A stretch of 64,000 nt of DNA. Source: an uncultured Limnohabitans sp. (GTDB lineage Bacteria; Pseudomonadota; Gammaproteobacteria; Burkholderiales; Burkholderiaceae_C). The notes beneath the pieces were generated by a model. It had not been told where the DNA came from. It made no database searches and saw nothing but the letters and a program-made list of their open reading frames with translations. Where the stretch lies: the NCBI GenBank assembly GCA_964391575.1, contig CAYMMK010000001.1, positions 9,111 to 73,110 on the forward strand, in the 5' to 3' direction. Shown piece after piece: positions 34,587-45,777 of the stretch; the stretch's first letter is position 1, and the number at the start of each line of letters is the position of its first letter. A program made the translations under genes and the position numbers.

Positions 34587-35063
34587 TCATCCCTGATTGC
34601 GTTTCTTGATTGATTTTTGCTTGGGCTTTGCGCGCTTGATCTGACCGCCAGGCGTCAGGCGTTGATTGCCAAGAACACGGACCATCTTGACCTCTGGACG
34701 CTGCCCGCCACGCTTGCTGAACTTGAGGACCTTGAAATCCCGGGGGCCGGGCTTTTTGTCTTCATCCGGAGAACGCAGCTTTTCAACTTTCGGGCGCCAC
34801 ACAACGAGGAGTTTTCCGATGTGCTGGACTGGTGCTGCATCGAGTTGCTCGCACAGTTGATTGAGCAAGGCTTCGCGCAGTGCACGGTCATCGCCAAGAA
34901 CGCGGATTTTGATGAGGCCATGCGCGCTGAGGGCTGCGCCGGTTTCCTTGAGAACGGACGCCGTCAGGCCGTCATTGCCGATCATCACCACTGGGTCAAG
35001 ATGATGGGCCTGTGACCGCAGGTCTTTGCGTTGGGCAGGGGTCAAGAGTAATGCTGGCATCAT
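34587..35063 (-). CDS. yhbY: Ribosome assembly RNA-binding protein YhbY (CRM domain) with a basic C-terminal extension
   Basis: LTPAQRKDLRSQAHHLDPVVMIGNDGLT...IKIRV CRM-domain motifs. Start at the Met-Met at 35063/35060. Canonical divergent position from rlmE-ftsH. Confidence 0.88.
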   Translation of the reverse strand: MMPALLLTPAQRKDLRSQAHHLDPVVMIGNDGLTASVLKETGAALSAHGLIKIRVLGDDRALREALLNQLCEQLDAAPVQHIGKLLVVWRPKVEKLRSPDEDKKPGPRDFKVLKFSKRGGQRPEVKMVRVLGNQRLTPGGQIKRAKPKQKSIKKRNQG

Positions 35064-35091
35064 CGTATTATCGTCGCAGCAAGGCTCAAGG

Positions 35092-35763
35092 ATGAAAGTC
35101 AAAACCAAAAGTTCAAAGGTCAACAAGGCGTGGCTCAACGACCATGTCAATGACCCCTATGTGAAACTGGCCCAGAAGGAAGGTTTCAGGGCCAGGGCTG
35201 CCTACAAGCTCAAAGAGATTGACGACACATTCCATCTCTTTCGTCCGGGTGATCTGGTGGTGGATCTGGGGGCAAGTCCGGGCGCATGGAGTCAGTACCT
35301 GCGCCGCCGCCTGTCGCCGTCTGGAGCGGCGCCGGGGTCGCTCAACGGCCGCATCATTGCAGTGGACATTCTGCCCATGGAACCGATTGAGGGTGTCGAT
35401 TTTTTGCTCGGTGACTTTCGTGAGCCGGCCATCTTGGGACAAATGCAAGCCATGCTTGGACAACGCAAGGTCGATGCTGTCGTGTCTGACATGGCGCCCA
35501 ATTTGTCCGGGGTGACCTCGGTGGACTCTGCACGGATTTCCCATCTGGTCGAACTCGCTGTTGATTTTTCATGCCAGCACCTCCAGCACGCAGGTGCTTT
35601 GGTGGCCAAGGTCTTTCATGGCCCAGGTTACAGCGACCTGGTCGATCTGTTTCGGGGTCGCTTTAAATCAGTCAAGGTGATCAAGCCGAAGGCCTCACGG
35701 GACCGTTCGTCCGAGACTTTTTTGGTCGGATTGGGGCTCAAATCCTCGAAAACAGAGGGCTAA
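35092..35763 (+). CDS. rlmE: 23S rRNA (uridine2552-2'-O)-methyltransferase RlmE (FtsJ)
   Basis: SSKVNKAWLNDHVNDPYVKLAQKEGFRARAAYKL, DLGASPGAWSQ and VVSDMAPNLSG motifs. Confidence 0.94.
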   Translation: MKVKTKSSKVNKAWLNDHVNDPYVKLAQKEGFRARAAYKLKEIDDTFHLFRPGDLVVDLGASPGAWSQYLRRRLSPSGAAPGSLNGRIIAVDILPMEPIEGVDFLLGDFREPAILGQMQAMLGQRKVDAVVSDMAPNLSGVTSVDSARISHLVELAVDFSCQHLQHAGALVAKVFHGPGYSDLVDLFRGRFKSVKVIKPKASRDRSSETFLVGLGLKSSKTEG

Positions 35764-35840
35764 CGTAGTGGTTGGTACTTGAAAGGGCGTTTGGAGGCCT
35801 AAAATGCATGATCACCCGCTTTCGCTGACAGGAGTTCCGC

Positions 35841-37757
35841 TTGAATAACCAATGGTTTTCCAAAATTGCCGTGTGGATGGTGATTGCCATGGTGCTGTTC
35901 ACTGTCTTCAAGCAGTTTGACAGCCGTGGCGGCACAGGTGCCGGGTATGTCGGGTACTCCGATTTCCTCGATGAGGTTCGATCCAACCGTATCAAGAGTG
36001 CCACCATCCAGGAAGGGCAGGGGGGCACAGAAATCGTCGCCATCACCCATGATGACCGTCGGATTCGAACCACAGCGACCTACCTGGATCGTGGATTGGT
36101 GGGCGACCTGATAGCCAATGATGTCAAGTTCGATGTCAAGCCCAGGGAGGAAGGGTCTCTGCTGATGACGCTGCTGGTCAGTTGGGGCCCCATGCTTCTG
36201 CTGATCGGTGTCTGGATTTATTTCATGCGTCAGATGCAGGGCGGCGGCAAAGGAGGAGCTTTCAGTTTTGGCAAGTCCAAAGCGCGCATGCTTGATGAAA
36301 ACAACAACCAGGTCACTTTTGCGGACGTGGCTGGTTGTGATGAAGCCAAGGAAGAGGTCAAGGAGGTAGTCGATTTCCTCAAGGACCCGCAGAAATTCCA
36401 GAAGCTGGGTGGACGAATCCCCAGGGGATTGCTGCTGGTCGGGCCTCCTGGCACGGGCAAGACCTTGCTCGCCAAAGGTATCGCAGGCGAAGCCAAGGTT
36501 CCCTTTTTCAGCATTTCTGGCTCTGATTTTGTCGAGATGTTTGTGGGCGTCGGTGCGGCTCGTGTGCGGGACATGTTTGAGAATGCGAAGAAAAATGCCC
36601 CATGCATCATCTTCATTGATGAAATTGATGCCGTAGGCCGTCAACGGGGTGCCGGTCTGGGTGGGGGCAATGATGAGCGTGAACAGACTCTCAACCAGAT
36701 GCTGGTCGAGATGGACGGCTTCGAGACCAACCTGGGTGTCATTGTGGTGGCTGCAACCAACCGCCCAGACATTCTCGATGCCGCGCTATTGCGTCCCGGA
36801 CGTTTTGATCGTCAAGTTTATGTGACTCTTCCGGATATCCGCGGTCGCGAACAAATCCTCAATGTACACATGCGCAAGGTTCCCATTGGCCAGGACGTCA
36901 AAGCGGAGGTGATAGCCCGTGGCACTCCTGGCATGAGTGGAGCTGATCTGGCCAATCTCTGCAATGAGGCGGCGCTGATGGCAGCAAGGCGCAATGCACG
37001 TGTGGTGGAAATGCAGGACTTTGAAAAGGCCAAGGACAAGATCCTGATGGGGCCTGAGCGCAAGAGCATGGTCATGCCTGAGGATGAGCGGAGAAACACG
37101 GCTTACCATGAAGCTGGTCATGCCCTGATTGGCAAGCTTCTTCCCAAGTGTGATCCTGTTCACAAAGTGACCATCATTCCTCGCGGGCGAGCCCTGGGTG
37201 TGACCATGAGCCTGCCTGAGCGAGATCGTTACAGTTACGATCGCGAATACATGCTCAATCAGATCAGCATGCTTTTTGGTGGGCGTATTGCGGAAGAAGT
37301 TTTCATGAATCAAATGACCACAGGTGCATCCAACGACTTCGAACGTGCAACCCACATTGCCCGGGACATGGTCATGCGGTACGGCATGAGCGATGCACTC
37401 GGCCCGATGGTGTATGCCGAAAATGAAGGAGAGGTTTTCCTGGGTCGATCGGTCACCAAAACCACCAATATCAGCGAACAAACAATGCAGAAAGTTGACG
37501 CTGAAGTTCGACGCATCATTGACGAGCAATACTCCCTGGCTCGGCGGCTGATTGAGGAAAACAGTGAAAAAATGCATGCCATGGCTACGGCATTGCTGGA
37601 ATGGGAAACCATCGAGATGGAGCAGCTCGATGACATCATGGCCGGGCGCGAGCCCCGCCCCCCAAAGGACTGGGCTCCACGGACCCCATCGTCCGGAGAA
37701 GGCCATGGCGGGGGAGGCTCGGCTGTAACGACCGATCCTGCGCCCAATGCAGCCTGA
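35841..37757 (+). CDS. ftsH: ATP-dependent zinc metalloprotease FtsH
   Basis: 638 aa with a TTG start. Walker [17 protein letters not shown] region, zinc site HEAGHAL. Confidence 0.97.
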   Translation: MNNQWFSKIAVWMVIAMVLFTVFKQFDSRGGTGAGYVGYSDFLDEVRSNRIKSATIQEGQGGTEIVAITHDDRRIRTTATYLDRGLVGDLIANDVKFDVKPREEGSLLMTLLVSWGPMLLLIGVWIYFMRQMQGGGKGGAFSFGKSKARMLDENNNQVTFADVAGCDEAKEEVKEVVDFLKDPQKFQKLGGRIPRGLLLVGPPGTGKTLLAKGIAGEAKVPFFSISGSDFVEMFVGVGAARVRDMFENAKKNAPCIIFIDEIDAVGRQRGAGLGGGNDEREQTLNQMLVEMDGFETNLGVIVVAATNRPDILDAALLRPGRFDRQVYVTLPDIRGREQILNVHMRKVPIGQDVKAEVIARGTPGMSGADLANLCNEAALMAARRNARVVEMQDFEKAKDKILMGPERKSMVMPEDERRNTAYHEAGHALIGKLLPKCDPVHKVTIIPRGRALGVTMSLPERDRYSYDREYMLNQISMLFGGRIAEEVFMNQMTTGASNDFERATHIARDMVMRYGMSDALGPMVYAENEGEVFLGRSVTKTTNISEQTMQKVDAEVRRIIDEQYSLARRLIEENSEKMHAMATALLEWETIEMEQLDDIMAGREPRPPKDWAPRTPSSGEGHGGGGSAVTTDPAPNAA

Positions 37758-37774
37758 ATTCCAAGCTTCAGCGA

Positions 37775-37798
37775 GGGGCCTCTCAGGCCCCTTTTTTC
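37775..37798 (+). terminator. Intrinsic terminator/attenuator between ftsH and folP
   Basis: AGGGGCC-tctca-GGCCCCT followed by TTTTTT. Confidence 0.75.
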
Positions 37799-37812
37799 AT
37801 TCCGGTTGAGTG

Positions 37813-38718
37813 ATGTATTGGCAGACAAGCCGTTTCCGCATTGACTTGTACGAACCGCAGGTCATGGGGATTGTCAATCTCACGCCGGACTCCTTTTCAG
37901 ACGGTGGCAAATACGCAAGCACTTCAGCAGCGCTTGAGCACGCTGAACGTATGCTCAAGGAGGGTGCCACTATTCTGGATGTGGGCGGCGAGTCCACCCG
38001 TCCGGGCTCACCAGCAGTATCTGCGGATGAGGAATGGGCAAGGCTGCAAGGTTTTTTGCACGAGGCACTGCGTTGGAATGTTCCACTCTCTATCGATACC
38101 TATAAAAGAGAAACCATGCGCAAGGCGCTGGACATGGGTATCGATATCGTCAACGATATCCGTGCGCTGCAGTCACCCGGGGCACTTGACGTCATTGCAG
38201 GCCATCCACTGTGCGGCGTGTGCCTAATGCACATGCACGGGGATCCACAGACCATGCAAGTCGCCCCAATGCAAGGAGACGCGGTTCCTGTCGTTTTGGA
38301 TTTTTTAACTCGAAGAGTGTCTGAATTGACTCAAAGAGGGATCAAATCATCGCGCATTGTTCTCGATTGCGGCATTGGATTTGGCAAAACGGTGGAACAG
38401 AACTTCAGCCTTCTGGCTCGACAGAATGAAATTCTCAAGCTGGGTTATCCGCTTCTTGCAGGGTGGTCCCGCAAATCCTCTCTGGGCGCAGTACTTGCCC
38501 GTCAGGGTGGTTCTGAAAGGGAGCCCGCTGAACGTGTCAACGCCAGTGTGGCTGCCGCATTGATGTCTGTTGAGCGAGGAGCACACATCGTACGCGTGCA
38601 TGACGTCAGGCAAACCGTGGAAGCCTTGTGTGTTTGGAAGTACACCAGGTCCATCGCTTCAGGAATTTCCAGCCCCTTGCAGTCGATAAAATCGGATTCG
38701 CGATATATACGGGATTGA
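37813..38718 (+). CDS. folP: Dihydropteroate synthase
   Basis: [28 protein letters not shown] and IVRVHDV motifs. Start is the ATG at 37813 (GTG at 37810 also possible). Confidence 0.94.
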   Translation: MYWQTSRFRIDLYEPQVMGIVNLTPDSFSDGGKYASTSAALEHAERMLKEGATILDVGGESTRPGSPAVSADEEWARLQGFLHEALRWNVPLSIDTYKRETMRKALDMGIDIVNDIRALQSPGALDVIAGHPLCGVCLMHMHGDPQTMQVAPMQGDAVPVVLDFLTRRVSELTQRGIKSSRIVLDCGIGFGKTVEQNFSLLARQNEILKLGYPLLAGWSRKSSLGAVLARQGGSEREPAERVNASVAAALMSVERGAHIVRVHDVRQTVEALCVWKYTRSIASGISSPLQSIKSDSRYIRD

Positions 38719-38720
38719 TC

Positions 38721-40052
38721 ATGTCCAGAAAATACTTTGGTACGGACGGCATACGCGGGCGTGTTGGTCAATCACCGATCACACCTGATTTCGTGCTGAA
38801 ACTTGCGCACGCCGTTGGACAGGTGCTCAAGCGGCAAGTTCCTCATCCCGTTGTTCTGGTCGGCAAGGACACGCGCATTTCAGGGTACATGCTGGAAAGC
38901 GCTATGGAGTCGGGCTTCAATTCTGCCGGCGTGGATGTTGTCCTGCTTGGACCGATTCCCACGCCAGCTGTTGCTTATCTCACGCGGGCACAAAGGGCCT
39001 CACTGGGTGTGGTCATCAGTGCCAGTCACAACTCATTTGAAGACAACGGCATCAAATTTTTCAGCGCTGATGGCAGCAAACTCCCAGACGAGTGGGAGCT
39101 GGAAGTGGAAGCCGCCCTGCTTGAAACACCTGTATGGGTCGACTCCTCGGGTCTGGGTAAAACTCGCCGCCTGGAGGACGCTGCGGGACGTTACATCGAG
39201 TTTTGCAAGAGCACCTTTTCTTCACGCCTGACATTGCGTGGTCTGCGTCTTGTTGTCGACGCTGCACACGGGGCTGCATACCAGATTGCTCCAAAGGTTT
39301 TCCATGAACTGGGAGCCGATGTTTTTCCCATTGGCTGCTCCCCTGATGGAGTCAATATCAACCGTGATGTGGGGGCGACCCACCCGCAGGCACTGGTCGA
39401 TGCTGTTCGAGCGCATCGCGCTGACATGGGGATTGGCCTTGACGGAGATGCCGACCGGCTGCTGGTCGTTGACTCCACGGGACGGATTTTCAATGGCGAT
39501 GAACTTTTATACGTCATGGTTGACGATCGTCTTCACCGTCAGTTGTCGGTCGCGGGGGTCGCTGGGACCCTCATGACCAACATGGCAATTGAACTTGCCT
39601 TCCGGCGGCGCGGCATCGAATTCACCCGCGCAGCCGTGGGAGACCGCTATGTGCTGGAGGTCCTGAGCGAAAGAGGATGGATTCTGGGCGGCGAAGGCTC
39701 AGGACATCTGCTGGTACTGGATCACCACACCACCGGGGATGGATTGGTCAGTGCCTTGCAGATACTGCAGGCATGCGTTGCGCGAAACCAGTCGCTTTCC
39801 CAATTGCTTGAAGGCGTTGATCTGTTTCCGCAGGCTTTGATCAATGTCCGGCTGCCGGCCCAATTTGACTGGAAAAATCATGCGCCCCTGCAAAGAGCCA
39901 CCGTTGAGGCACAGGCAGCGCTTGGAGATCAGGGCAGGGTGCTGATCAGGGCCAGTGGTACCGAGCCCTTGCTCAGAGTCATGGTCGAGGCGCGGGAAGA
40001 GCATCTGGCCCAGACGATTGCGAAAACCATCGCTGAAACGCTGCAAAAGTGA
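38721..40052 (+). CDS. glmM: Phosphoglucosamine mutase
   Basis: [14 protein letters not shown]-terminus, active-site [23 protein letters not shown] metal-binding loop. Confidence 0.96.
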   Translation: MSRKYFGTDGIRGRVGQSPITPDFVLKLAHAVGQVLKRQVPHPVVLVGKDTRISGYMLESAMESGFNSAGVDVVLLGPIPTPAVAYLTRAQRASLGVVISASHNSFEDNGIKFFSADGSKLPDEWELEVEAALLETPVWVDSSGLGKTRRLEDAAGRYIEFCKSTFSSRLTLRGLRLVVDAAHGAAYQIAPKVFHELGADVFPIGCSPDGVNINRDVGATHPQALVDAVRAHRADMGIGLDGDADRLLVVDSTGRIFNGDELLYVMVDDRLHRQLSVAGVAGTLMTNMAIELAFRRRGIEFTRAAVGDRYVLEVLSERGWILGGEGSGHLLVLDHHTTGDGLVSALQILQACVARNQSLSQLLEGVDLFPQALINVRLPAQFDWKNHAPLQRATVEAQAALGDQGRVLIRASGTEPLLRVMVEAREEHLAQTIAKTIAETLQK

Positions 40053-40054
40053 TC

Positions 40055-40876
40055 TCAGTAACTTAAAATTTCGGGACGCAATTCCTGCAGAATGGTCGTG
40101 GCAATTTCTTCAATCGATTTGGTTGTCGTTGAAAGCCACCGAATGCCTGAGCGTCGCATCATGGCCTCTGCCTCCGCCACTTCCATTCTGCAATTGTCGA
40201 GGCTGGCGTAGCGCGAGTTCGGGCGCCGTTCCGACCTGATTTCAACCAGTCTCTCGGGTTGAATGGTCAGGCCGAATATTTTTTTCCGGTAAGGCATGAG
40301 CGCTGGGGGCAGTTGCCGGCGTTCAAAATCTTCAGGAATCAAGGGATAGTTGGCCGCCTTGAGCCCATGTTGCATGGCCAGATAAAGACTGGTCGGCGTC
40401 TTCCCGCTACGACTCACCCCGACCAGGATGACATCGGCAGCTTCAAGGTCCTTGTGTGATTGTCCATCATCATGGGCCAGAGAAAAGTTGATCGCTTCAA
40501 TTCGATCGTGGTATTGCTTGCTCTTGCTCGCGTCCGAAAAGCGTCCAACCCGATGATGGGATTTAATGCCAAGTTCTTCCTCGATAGGATGAACAAATGT
40601 GCCGAACATGTCCAGAAGCATACCTTGGCAATGGTCCTTCAGGACTTCCAGAACCTCCATGTTGACCAGTGTGGTGAAGACAATCGGTTTTTTCCCCTCA
40701 ACTTCCCCGATGTGATTGATCTGTCGTACTGCCTGGTGCGCCTTGTCGATGGTGTCAATGAAAGGCAGCCTGACATGCCGCGTTCTTAGCTCGAACTGCG
40801 CAAGGATGGCGTTGCCAAAGGTTTCAGCGGTGATGCCAGTCCCATCTGAGACAAAGAAGACGGTTCGTTGAGACAT
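40055..40876 (-). CDS. ppsR: Phosphoenolpyruvate synthase regulatory protein (bifunctional kinase/pyrophosphorylase, DUF299)
   Basis: 273 aa. [16 protein letters not shown] and [16 protein letters not shown] motifs. Divergent from ppsA, as is canonical. Confidence 0.93.
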   Translation of the reverse strand: MSQRTVFFVSDGTGITAETFGNAILAQFELRTRHVRLPFIDTIDKAHQAVRQINHIGEVEGKKPIVFTTLVNMEVLEVLKDHCQGMLLDMFGTFVHPIEEELGIKSHHRVGRFSDASKSKQYHDRIEAINFSLAHDDGQSHKDLEAADVILVGVSRSGKTPTSLYLAMQHGLKAANYPLIPEDFERRQLPPALMPYRKKIFGLTIQPERLVEIRSERRPNSRYASLDNCRMEVAEAEAMMRRSGIRWLSTTTKSIEEIATTILQELRPEILSY

Positions 40877-41021
40877 ACGTGCAAAAAATTCAAACAGGGT
40901 GGGTGCAAGAGCGCCTCTACAATGAGCGCATTATCCACGCGTGAGTCGTGCCCTCTTCATCGAACAACATCAATGAGGACGCGGCTTCTCTGGAGCCCGA
41001 ATTTTTACTTTGGAGTTCTTC

Positions 41022-43421
41022 ATGTCCACCCTTTTTGACCCCGATTCCTGGGTCGTGCCCTTTGAAAAATTGAGAATGTCGGATGTTCAATCCGTTGGAG
41101 GCAAGAATGCAAGCCTTGGCGAGATGATTTCGCAATTACCGCAAGGGGTCAAGGTCCCCACTGGCTTTGCGACAACCGCACATGCTTTCAGGAAATTCCT
41201 GCAGAAAGACGGACTTGATCGTCGCATCAATGAACTTCTCTCCAAGCTAGATACAGATGATGTGCGGTCATTGGCTGCAGTGGGTGCACAAATCCGCGCC
41301 ATGGTGGAGAAGCAGCCGTTTCCTCTCGAGCTGGAAATCGCTATACGCGAGGAGTTTTTGCGTTTGCAGGCCGGGGATGATCAGGCCTCATTCGCTGTCC
41401 GATCCTCTGCGACTGCTGAGGATCTGCCGGATGCCTCCTTTGCCGGCCAGCAGGAGACCTTTCTGAATGTGTTGGGAATCGATGAGGTTCTGAACAAAAT
41501 GAAGGAAGTCTTTGCATCCCTCTACAACGACCGAGCTATCAGCTACCGGGTGCATAAAGGATACGCGCATGCCGATGTGGCTTTGTCGGCGGGCGTTCAA
41601 CGAATGGTTCGATCGGACCTGGGTGCTGCCGGGGTGATGTTCTCCATTGACACCGAGTCAGGTTTTGAGGATGTGGTCTTCATTACCGCCAGCTATGGAT
41701 TGGGAGAAACGGTTGTCCAAGGTGCAGTCAACCCGGATGAGTTTTATGTCCATAAGCCGATGCTCTCGGCTGGAAAGCGTGCAGTTATTCGCCGCAACCT
41801 GGGCTCCAAGCTCATTCAGATGGTCTTTTCTACCCCTGAGGAGAAATCCGTAACCGGGAAACTGGTCAAGACAATAGAAGTTGCGACAGAGATGCGTAAC
41901 CGATACAGCCTGGACGAGTCGGACATCGAACAGTTGGCGCGCTATGCAATGATCATTGAAAAGCACTATGGCCGGCCAATGGACATCGAGTGGGGAAAAG
42001 ACGGTCGTGATGGGCATTTGTATATTTTGCAGGCCCGTCCCGAGACTGTAAAAAGTCAGTCCAAAGGAAGTGCCGAACTTCGCTACAAGCTCAAGGGGCA
42101 TTCAGCAGTCCTTGCCGAGGGTCGCGCTATAGGTCAGAAGATCGGCACTGGACCTGTCCGACTTGTGCACAACATCAGTGAAATGGACAAGGTTCTCCCG
42201 GGAGATGTGCTGGTGACGGACATGACCGACCCCAATTGGGAGCCCGTGATGAAAAAGGCCAGTGCAATCGTCACCAATCGCGGTGGACGAACATGCCATG
42301 CCGCCATCATTGCCAGGGAACTGGGAATACCCGCTGTAGTGGGTTGCGGAAACGCAACCGAACATCTGGCAGAGGGAACACTGGTGACCGTCAGCTGTGC
42401 CGAGGGGGATACTGGGCGTATCTACGATGGGCTTCTTGAAACCGAAGTGAGTGAAGTCTTGCGTGGGGTGATGCCCGACATTCCCACCAAAATCATGATG
42501 AATGTTGGAAACCCTCAATTGGCTTTTGATTTTGCCCAGTTGCCAAATGCGGGAGTGGGCTTGGCCCGACTGGAGTTCATCATCAATAACAATATTGGCG
42601 TGCACCCCAAGGCCATCCTTGACTATCCTGCTATTGACGCCGATCTCAAAAAGGCCGTGGAGTCAGTGGCTCGCGGTCACGCTTCGCCCCGTGCTTTCTA
42701 CATTGACAAGGTCACGGAAGGCGTGGCCTCTATTGCTGCCGCCTTCTGGCCCAAACCGGTTATCGTTCGTCTTTCAGATTTCAAGAGCAACGAATACCGA
42801 AAACTCATTGGCGGCAGCCGATATGAACCCGAGGAAGAAAATCCCATGCTCGGTTTTCGCGGTGCTACTCGGTATATCAGCGAAGATTTTGGAGAAGCAT
42901 TTGCGATGGAGTGCGAGGCCCTCAAAAGAGTCCGATTGGATATGGGGCTGACCAATGTCCAAGTGATGGTTCCATTCGTGCGTACGCTCAAACAGGCAGA
43001 GCGTGTAACCCAGTTGCTGGCCAGTCATGGGCTGGTTCGCGGGCACAATGATCTGAAGATCATCATGATGTGCGAAGTGCCCACCAACGCCATATTGGCA
43101 GACCGGTTCCTTGAATTTTTCGATGGGTTTTCCATCGGATCCAATGACTTGACGCAATTGACTCTCGGCCTTGATCGAGACTCTGGGATGGAGCTGCTTG
43201 CGTCAGATTTTGATGAACGAGACCCTGCTGTGACCACGCTGATTGCCCAGGCCATCCAGGCTTGCAGGTCGCAAGGCAAGTACATCGGCATTTGTGGGCA
43301 AGGACCCAGCGATCATCCTGACTTTGCACGCTGGCTCATGGATCAAGGCATCAGCTCGATTTCGCTCAACCCGGATACGGTAGTCCAGACCTGGAACGCC
43401 CTGGGTGAGTCCAGGCCCTGA
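41022..43421 (+). CDS. ppsA: Phosphoenolpyruvate synthase (pyruvate, water dikinase)
   Basis: [11 protein letters not shown], phospho-histidine region [25 protein letters not shown]-terminal PEP-utilizer TIM barrel ([12 protein letters not shown]). Confidence 0.97.
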   Translation: MSTLFDPDSWVVPFEKLRMSDVQSVGGKNASLGEMISQLPQGVKVPTGFATTAHAFRKFLQKDGLDRRINELLSKLDTDDVRSLAAVGAQIRAMVEKQPFPLELEIAIREEFLRLQAGDDQASFAVRSSATAEDLPDASFAGQQETFLNVLGIDEVLNKMKEVFASLYNDRAISYRVHKGYAHADVALSAGVQRMVRSDLGAAGVMFSIDTESGFEDVVFITASYGLGETVVQGAVNPDEFYVHKPMLSAGKRAVIRRNLGSKLIQMVFSTPEEKSVTGKLVKTIEVATEMRNRYSLDESDIEQLARYAMIIEKHYGRPMDIEWGKDGRDGHLYILQARPETVKSQSKGSAELRYKLKGHSAVLAEGRAIGQKIGTGPVRLVHNISEMDKVLPGDVLVTDMTDPNWEPVMKKASAIVTNRGGRTCHAAIIARELGIPAVVGCGNATEHLAEGTLVTVSCAEGDTGRIYDGLLETEVSEVLRGVMPDIPTKIMMNVGNPQLAFDFAQLPNAGVGLARLEFIINNNIGVHPKAILDYPAIDADLKKAVESVARGHASPRAFYIDKVTEGVASIAAAFWPKPVIVRLSDFKSNEYRKLIGGSRYEPEEENPMLGFRGATRYISEDFGEAFAMECEALKRVRLDMGLTNVQVMVPFVRTLKQAERVTQLLASHGLVRGHNDLKIIMMCEVPTNAILADRFLEFFDGFSIGSNDLTQLTLGLDRDSGMELLASDFDERDPAVTTLIAQAIQACRSQGKYIGICGQGPSDHPDFARWLMDQGISSISLNPDTVVQTWNALGESRP

Positions 43422-43680
43422 CAATGGCCCAATCTTAGCCAGCTGGCTCGACGAGGGCCTGCCTGAAACTTCTCAGAAGTTGTTCTATTCCTGCTGATGA
43501 TATTGAGTCTTCTGGGTCGCATGGCCGGGTCCGAACCGTCGGGCCTCTCACGCAATCTGATCGGCCCGATCTTCCTATTCAGCAAGGTCATGATCTAAGC
43601 CGTTATCGGTATTGCAGTACGAACCAAGGCCCCCCCAATTGAGAAGCTGGCAGCTGTACACACCCTGATTTTTAAAATGA

Positions 43681-43966
43681 TTAGGTGGTCGCTGGTCTCG
43701 CGTTTTTGCAGCCACCGCTGCCGTACTGCATTCTTTCACCTATGTAAAAACCCAGATTTACGTTATCGGACGAATTGTTTCAAGGTTGCCAGGCGTTCAA
43801 TTTGAAATCGTATCCTTCTGGGGTTGGGTGGGGTGCTGCTATGTTCGTTCCATGGTGGCTTGCGGGCCATCTCCTGGACGCAGGTGGCGCAGTACATCAT
43901 TCTTCTGCTGGCCTTCCTGATTCCCGTTTCGTGGCTGTCTCCGGGTTATGGTGGGGAATCCAGCTG
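43681..43966 (+). pseudogene. Frameshifted relic (about 95 codons) of a sodium:solute symporter (SSS family, ActP/VC_2705-like)
   Basis: Two adjacent frames read like contiguous SSS transmembrane segments. Frame 1, 43681-~43810: ...VFAATAAVLHSFTYVKTQIYVIGRIVSRLPGVQFEI. Frame 0, 43806-43966: ILLGLGGVLLCSFHGGLRAISWTQVAQYIILLLAFLIPVSWLS. Compare E. coli ActP ...YLIAQMVGAGKLIELLFGL...LFGGMLATTWVQ... There is no start codon, stops flank both pieces, and the rest of the gene is absent. Confidence 0.5.
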
Positions 43967-44070
43967 ATCTCCGCTGGTGTTTTTGGCGTCGCATCAGCCC
44001 TGGCAAGGACTAATCTTGTCACACTGCGAGTACCGGCGCAGTCCTGATCAGCGCTTCTGAAGCTGGTTCA

Positions 44071-44098
44071 TTGCCGGCCTTTTCTTCTGCTCTATAAT
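44071..44098 (+). promoter_or_regulatory. Sigma70-type promoter for rpsF-priB-rpsR-rplI (TTGCCG - 16 nt - TATAAT)
   Basis: Near-consensus hexamers with 16-nt spacing, about 70 nt upstream of the rpsF ATG. Confidence 0.6.
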
Positions 44099-44168
44099 GT
44101 AGGGCTTGCCTTGTTGCACCCTGCTGACGCCGGGGGCAACTGTTTGAAAACATCCACAAGGAGTCTCA

Positions 44169-44534
44169 ATGCGTCATTACGAAATCATTTTGCTGATTCA
44201 TCCGGATCAAAGCGAGCAAGTGCCCGCCATGCTCGAGCGATACAAGGGCTTGATCACTAACGGTGGCGGAAAAATCCACCGTATTGAAGACTGGGGTCGC
44301 CGACAGCTCGCCTACCAGATCAATAAACTCGCCAAGGCCCACTACCTCTGTGTCAACATTGAGGCCGATCAGGCAGTGATGGCTGAACTTGAGCATGCCT
44401 TCCGATTCAACGATGCTGTTTTGCGTCACCTCACTGTACAGAAGAAAAAGGCTGAGACGGGCGCCTCCACCATGATGAAAACGGTAGAGCGCGAGGAGGC
44501 CCGCAAGGCACAGCAGGCGGATCTGTCGGCCTGA
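44169..44534 (+). CDS. rpsF: 30S ribosomal protein S6
   Basis: [18 protein letters not shown] is the canonical N-terminus. AAGGAG SD. Confidence 0.97.
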   Translation: MRHYEIILLIHPDQSEQVPAMLERYKGLITNGGGKIHRIEDWGRRQLAYQINKLAKAHYLCVNIEADQAVMAELEHAFRFNDAVLRHLTVQKKKAETGASTMMKTVEREEARKAQQADLSA

Positions 44535-44538
44535 CCTT

Positions 44539-44835
44539 TTGAGAGGAGTGAACCTTTTCAGACTGCAAGCCCTCATCGTCCAAAGCGGCCCTTTGCGCTT
44601 CACACCGGCAGGTTTGCCGGCTCTGGATCTGCTACTCGAGCATCAATCCAACCAGCTGGAGGCAGGGGTTCATCGCCAGTGTCTATTGAGACTCAAGGCC
44701 ATAGCATTCGGAACGATCGCTGAGCAACTGGCCACACAGGCTCTTGGCGGAAGGTGGATGTTCGAGGGATTCTTGAGCAGCCCCCGCAGTCTGAAAGGTG
44801 TGACTTTTCATATCCAAAAATTTCGTCAAGACTAA
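44539..44835 (+). CDS. priB: Primosomal replication protein N (PriB)
   Basis: OB-fold protein at the canonical position between rpsF and rps[20 protein letters not shown] motif. The start is uncertain (TTG at 44539 or GTG at 44548). Confidence 0.85.
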   Translation: MRGVNLFRLQALIVQSGPLRFTPAGLPALDLLLEHQSNQLEAGVHRQCLLRLKAIAFGTIAEQLATQALGGRWMFEGFLSSPRSLKGVTFHIQKFRQD

Positions 44836-44851
44836 TTTATCAGGAGGCCAT

Positions 44852-45133
44852 ATGGCCACTTTCAAGAAATTCGACAAAAGCAAGCGCCCCAAGCGCAACA
44901 CCCAGTCTCTGCTCTTCAAGCGTAAGCGGTTCTGCCGTTTCACCGTTGCTGGCGTGGAAGAAATTGACTACAAGGATGTGGACACTTTGAGGGATTTCAT
45001 TGCCGAAAACGGCAAGATCATCCCTGCCCGTCTGACGGGTACGCGTGCGATCTATCAGCGCCAGCTCAATACGGCCATCAAGCGTGCCCGCTTCCTGGCT
45101 TTGTTGCCCTACAGCGACCAGCATAAAGTCTAA
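44852..45133 (+). CDS. rpsR: 30S ribosomal protein S18
   Basis: RFCRFT...[27 protein letters not shown] motifs. AGGAGG SD. Confidence 0.97.
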   Translation: MATFKKFDKSKRPKRNTQSLLFKRKRFCRFTVAGVEEIDYKDVDTLRDFIAENGKIIPARLTGTRAIYQRQLNTAIKRARFLALLPYSDQHKV

Positions 45134-45144
45134 GGAGAACAGCC

Positions 45145-45597
45145 ATGCAAGTGATTCTTCTTGAAAAGGTTGTCAACCTTGGTGATCTGGGCGATATCGT
45201 CAAGGTCAAGGACGGTTACGCCCGCAATTTCCTCATTCCTGCCGGTCGCGCTCGTCGGGCAACCGAGGCCAACAAGGCCGAGTTTGAGGCTCGCCGTGCC
45301 GAACTTGAAAAGGCTGCAGCAGCGAAATTGTCGCTGGCGCAATCATTGGCCGAAAAGATGTCTGGCTTGACCCTCAAGCTGACCCAAAAGGCTGGTGTTG
45401 ATGGCAGACTCTTCGGCTCTGTGACCAACCACGACATTGCCGAAGAGCTCTGCAGACAAGGACACAAAGTGTCCAAAGCACAAGTCAGAATGCCCAACGG
45501 GCCGATCAAAATGGTGAGCGATTCCTCGGTTTCTGTTGCACTTCATACCGATGTTGTGGTGGAAATCAATGTGAACGTTTACGGGGAATCGGTCTGA
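45145..45597 (+). CDS. rplI: 50S ribosomal protein L9
   Basis: [32 protein letters not shown] is the canonical N-terminus. Confidence 0.97.
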   Translation: MQVILLEKVVNLGDLGDIVKVKDGYARNFLIPAGRARRATEANKAEFEARRAELEKAAAAKLSLAQSLAEKMSGLTLKLTQKAGVDGRLFGSVTNHDIAEELCRQGHKVSKAQVRMPNGPIKMVSDSSVSVALHTDVVVEINVNVYGESV

Positions 45598-45622
45598 TTG
45601 GCCAAAGATTTTGCGATGCCCA

Positions 45623-45654
45623 AGCCGTCACATGGTGCTGACGGCTTTTTTTTG
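45623..45654 (+). terminator. Rho-independent terminator of the rpsF operon
   Basis: AGCCGTCA-catggtgc-TGACGGCT followed by TTTTTTTT. Confidence 0.8.
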
Positions 45655-45777
45655 TTTCATTGAAACCTTGGGTTATGCACCAGTTGCGAGCCTCTTTGCA
45701 CATGCTGTCCACAGCTTGTCAAATGACGGACTGAGCATCAACCGGTAAGATGGTTTTTTTACTTTTTGCTGGTTTGC

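Noticed and set aside
35799-37706. Antisense ORFs of 281 and 306 aa opposite ftsH
   Set aside because: FtsH on the + strand is certain, and no recognisable motifs appear in the antisense frames.
43775-44047. 90-aa ORF in the ppsA-rpsF gap
   Set aside because: It has no SD. Its translation is out of frame relative to the symporter-like segments that explain the same DNA, and it runs into the rpsF promoter. It is best explained as an artefact of the pseudogene relic.
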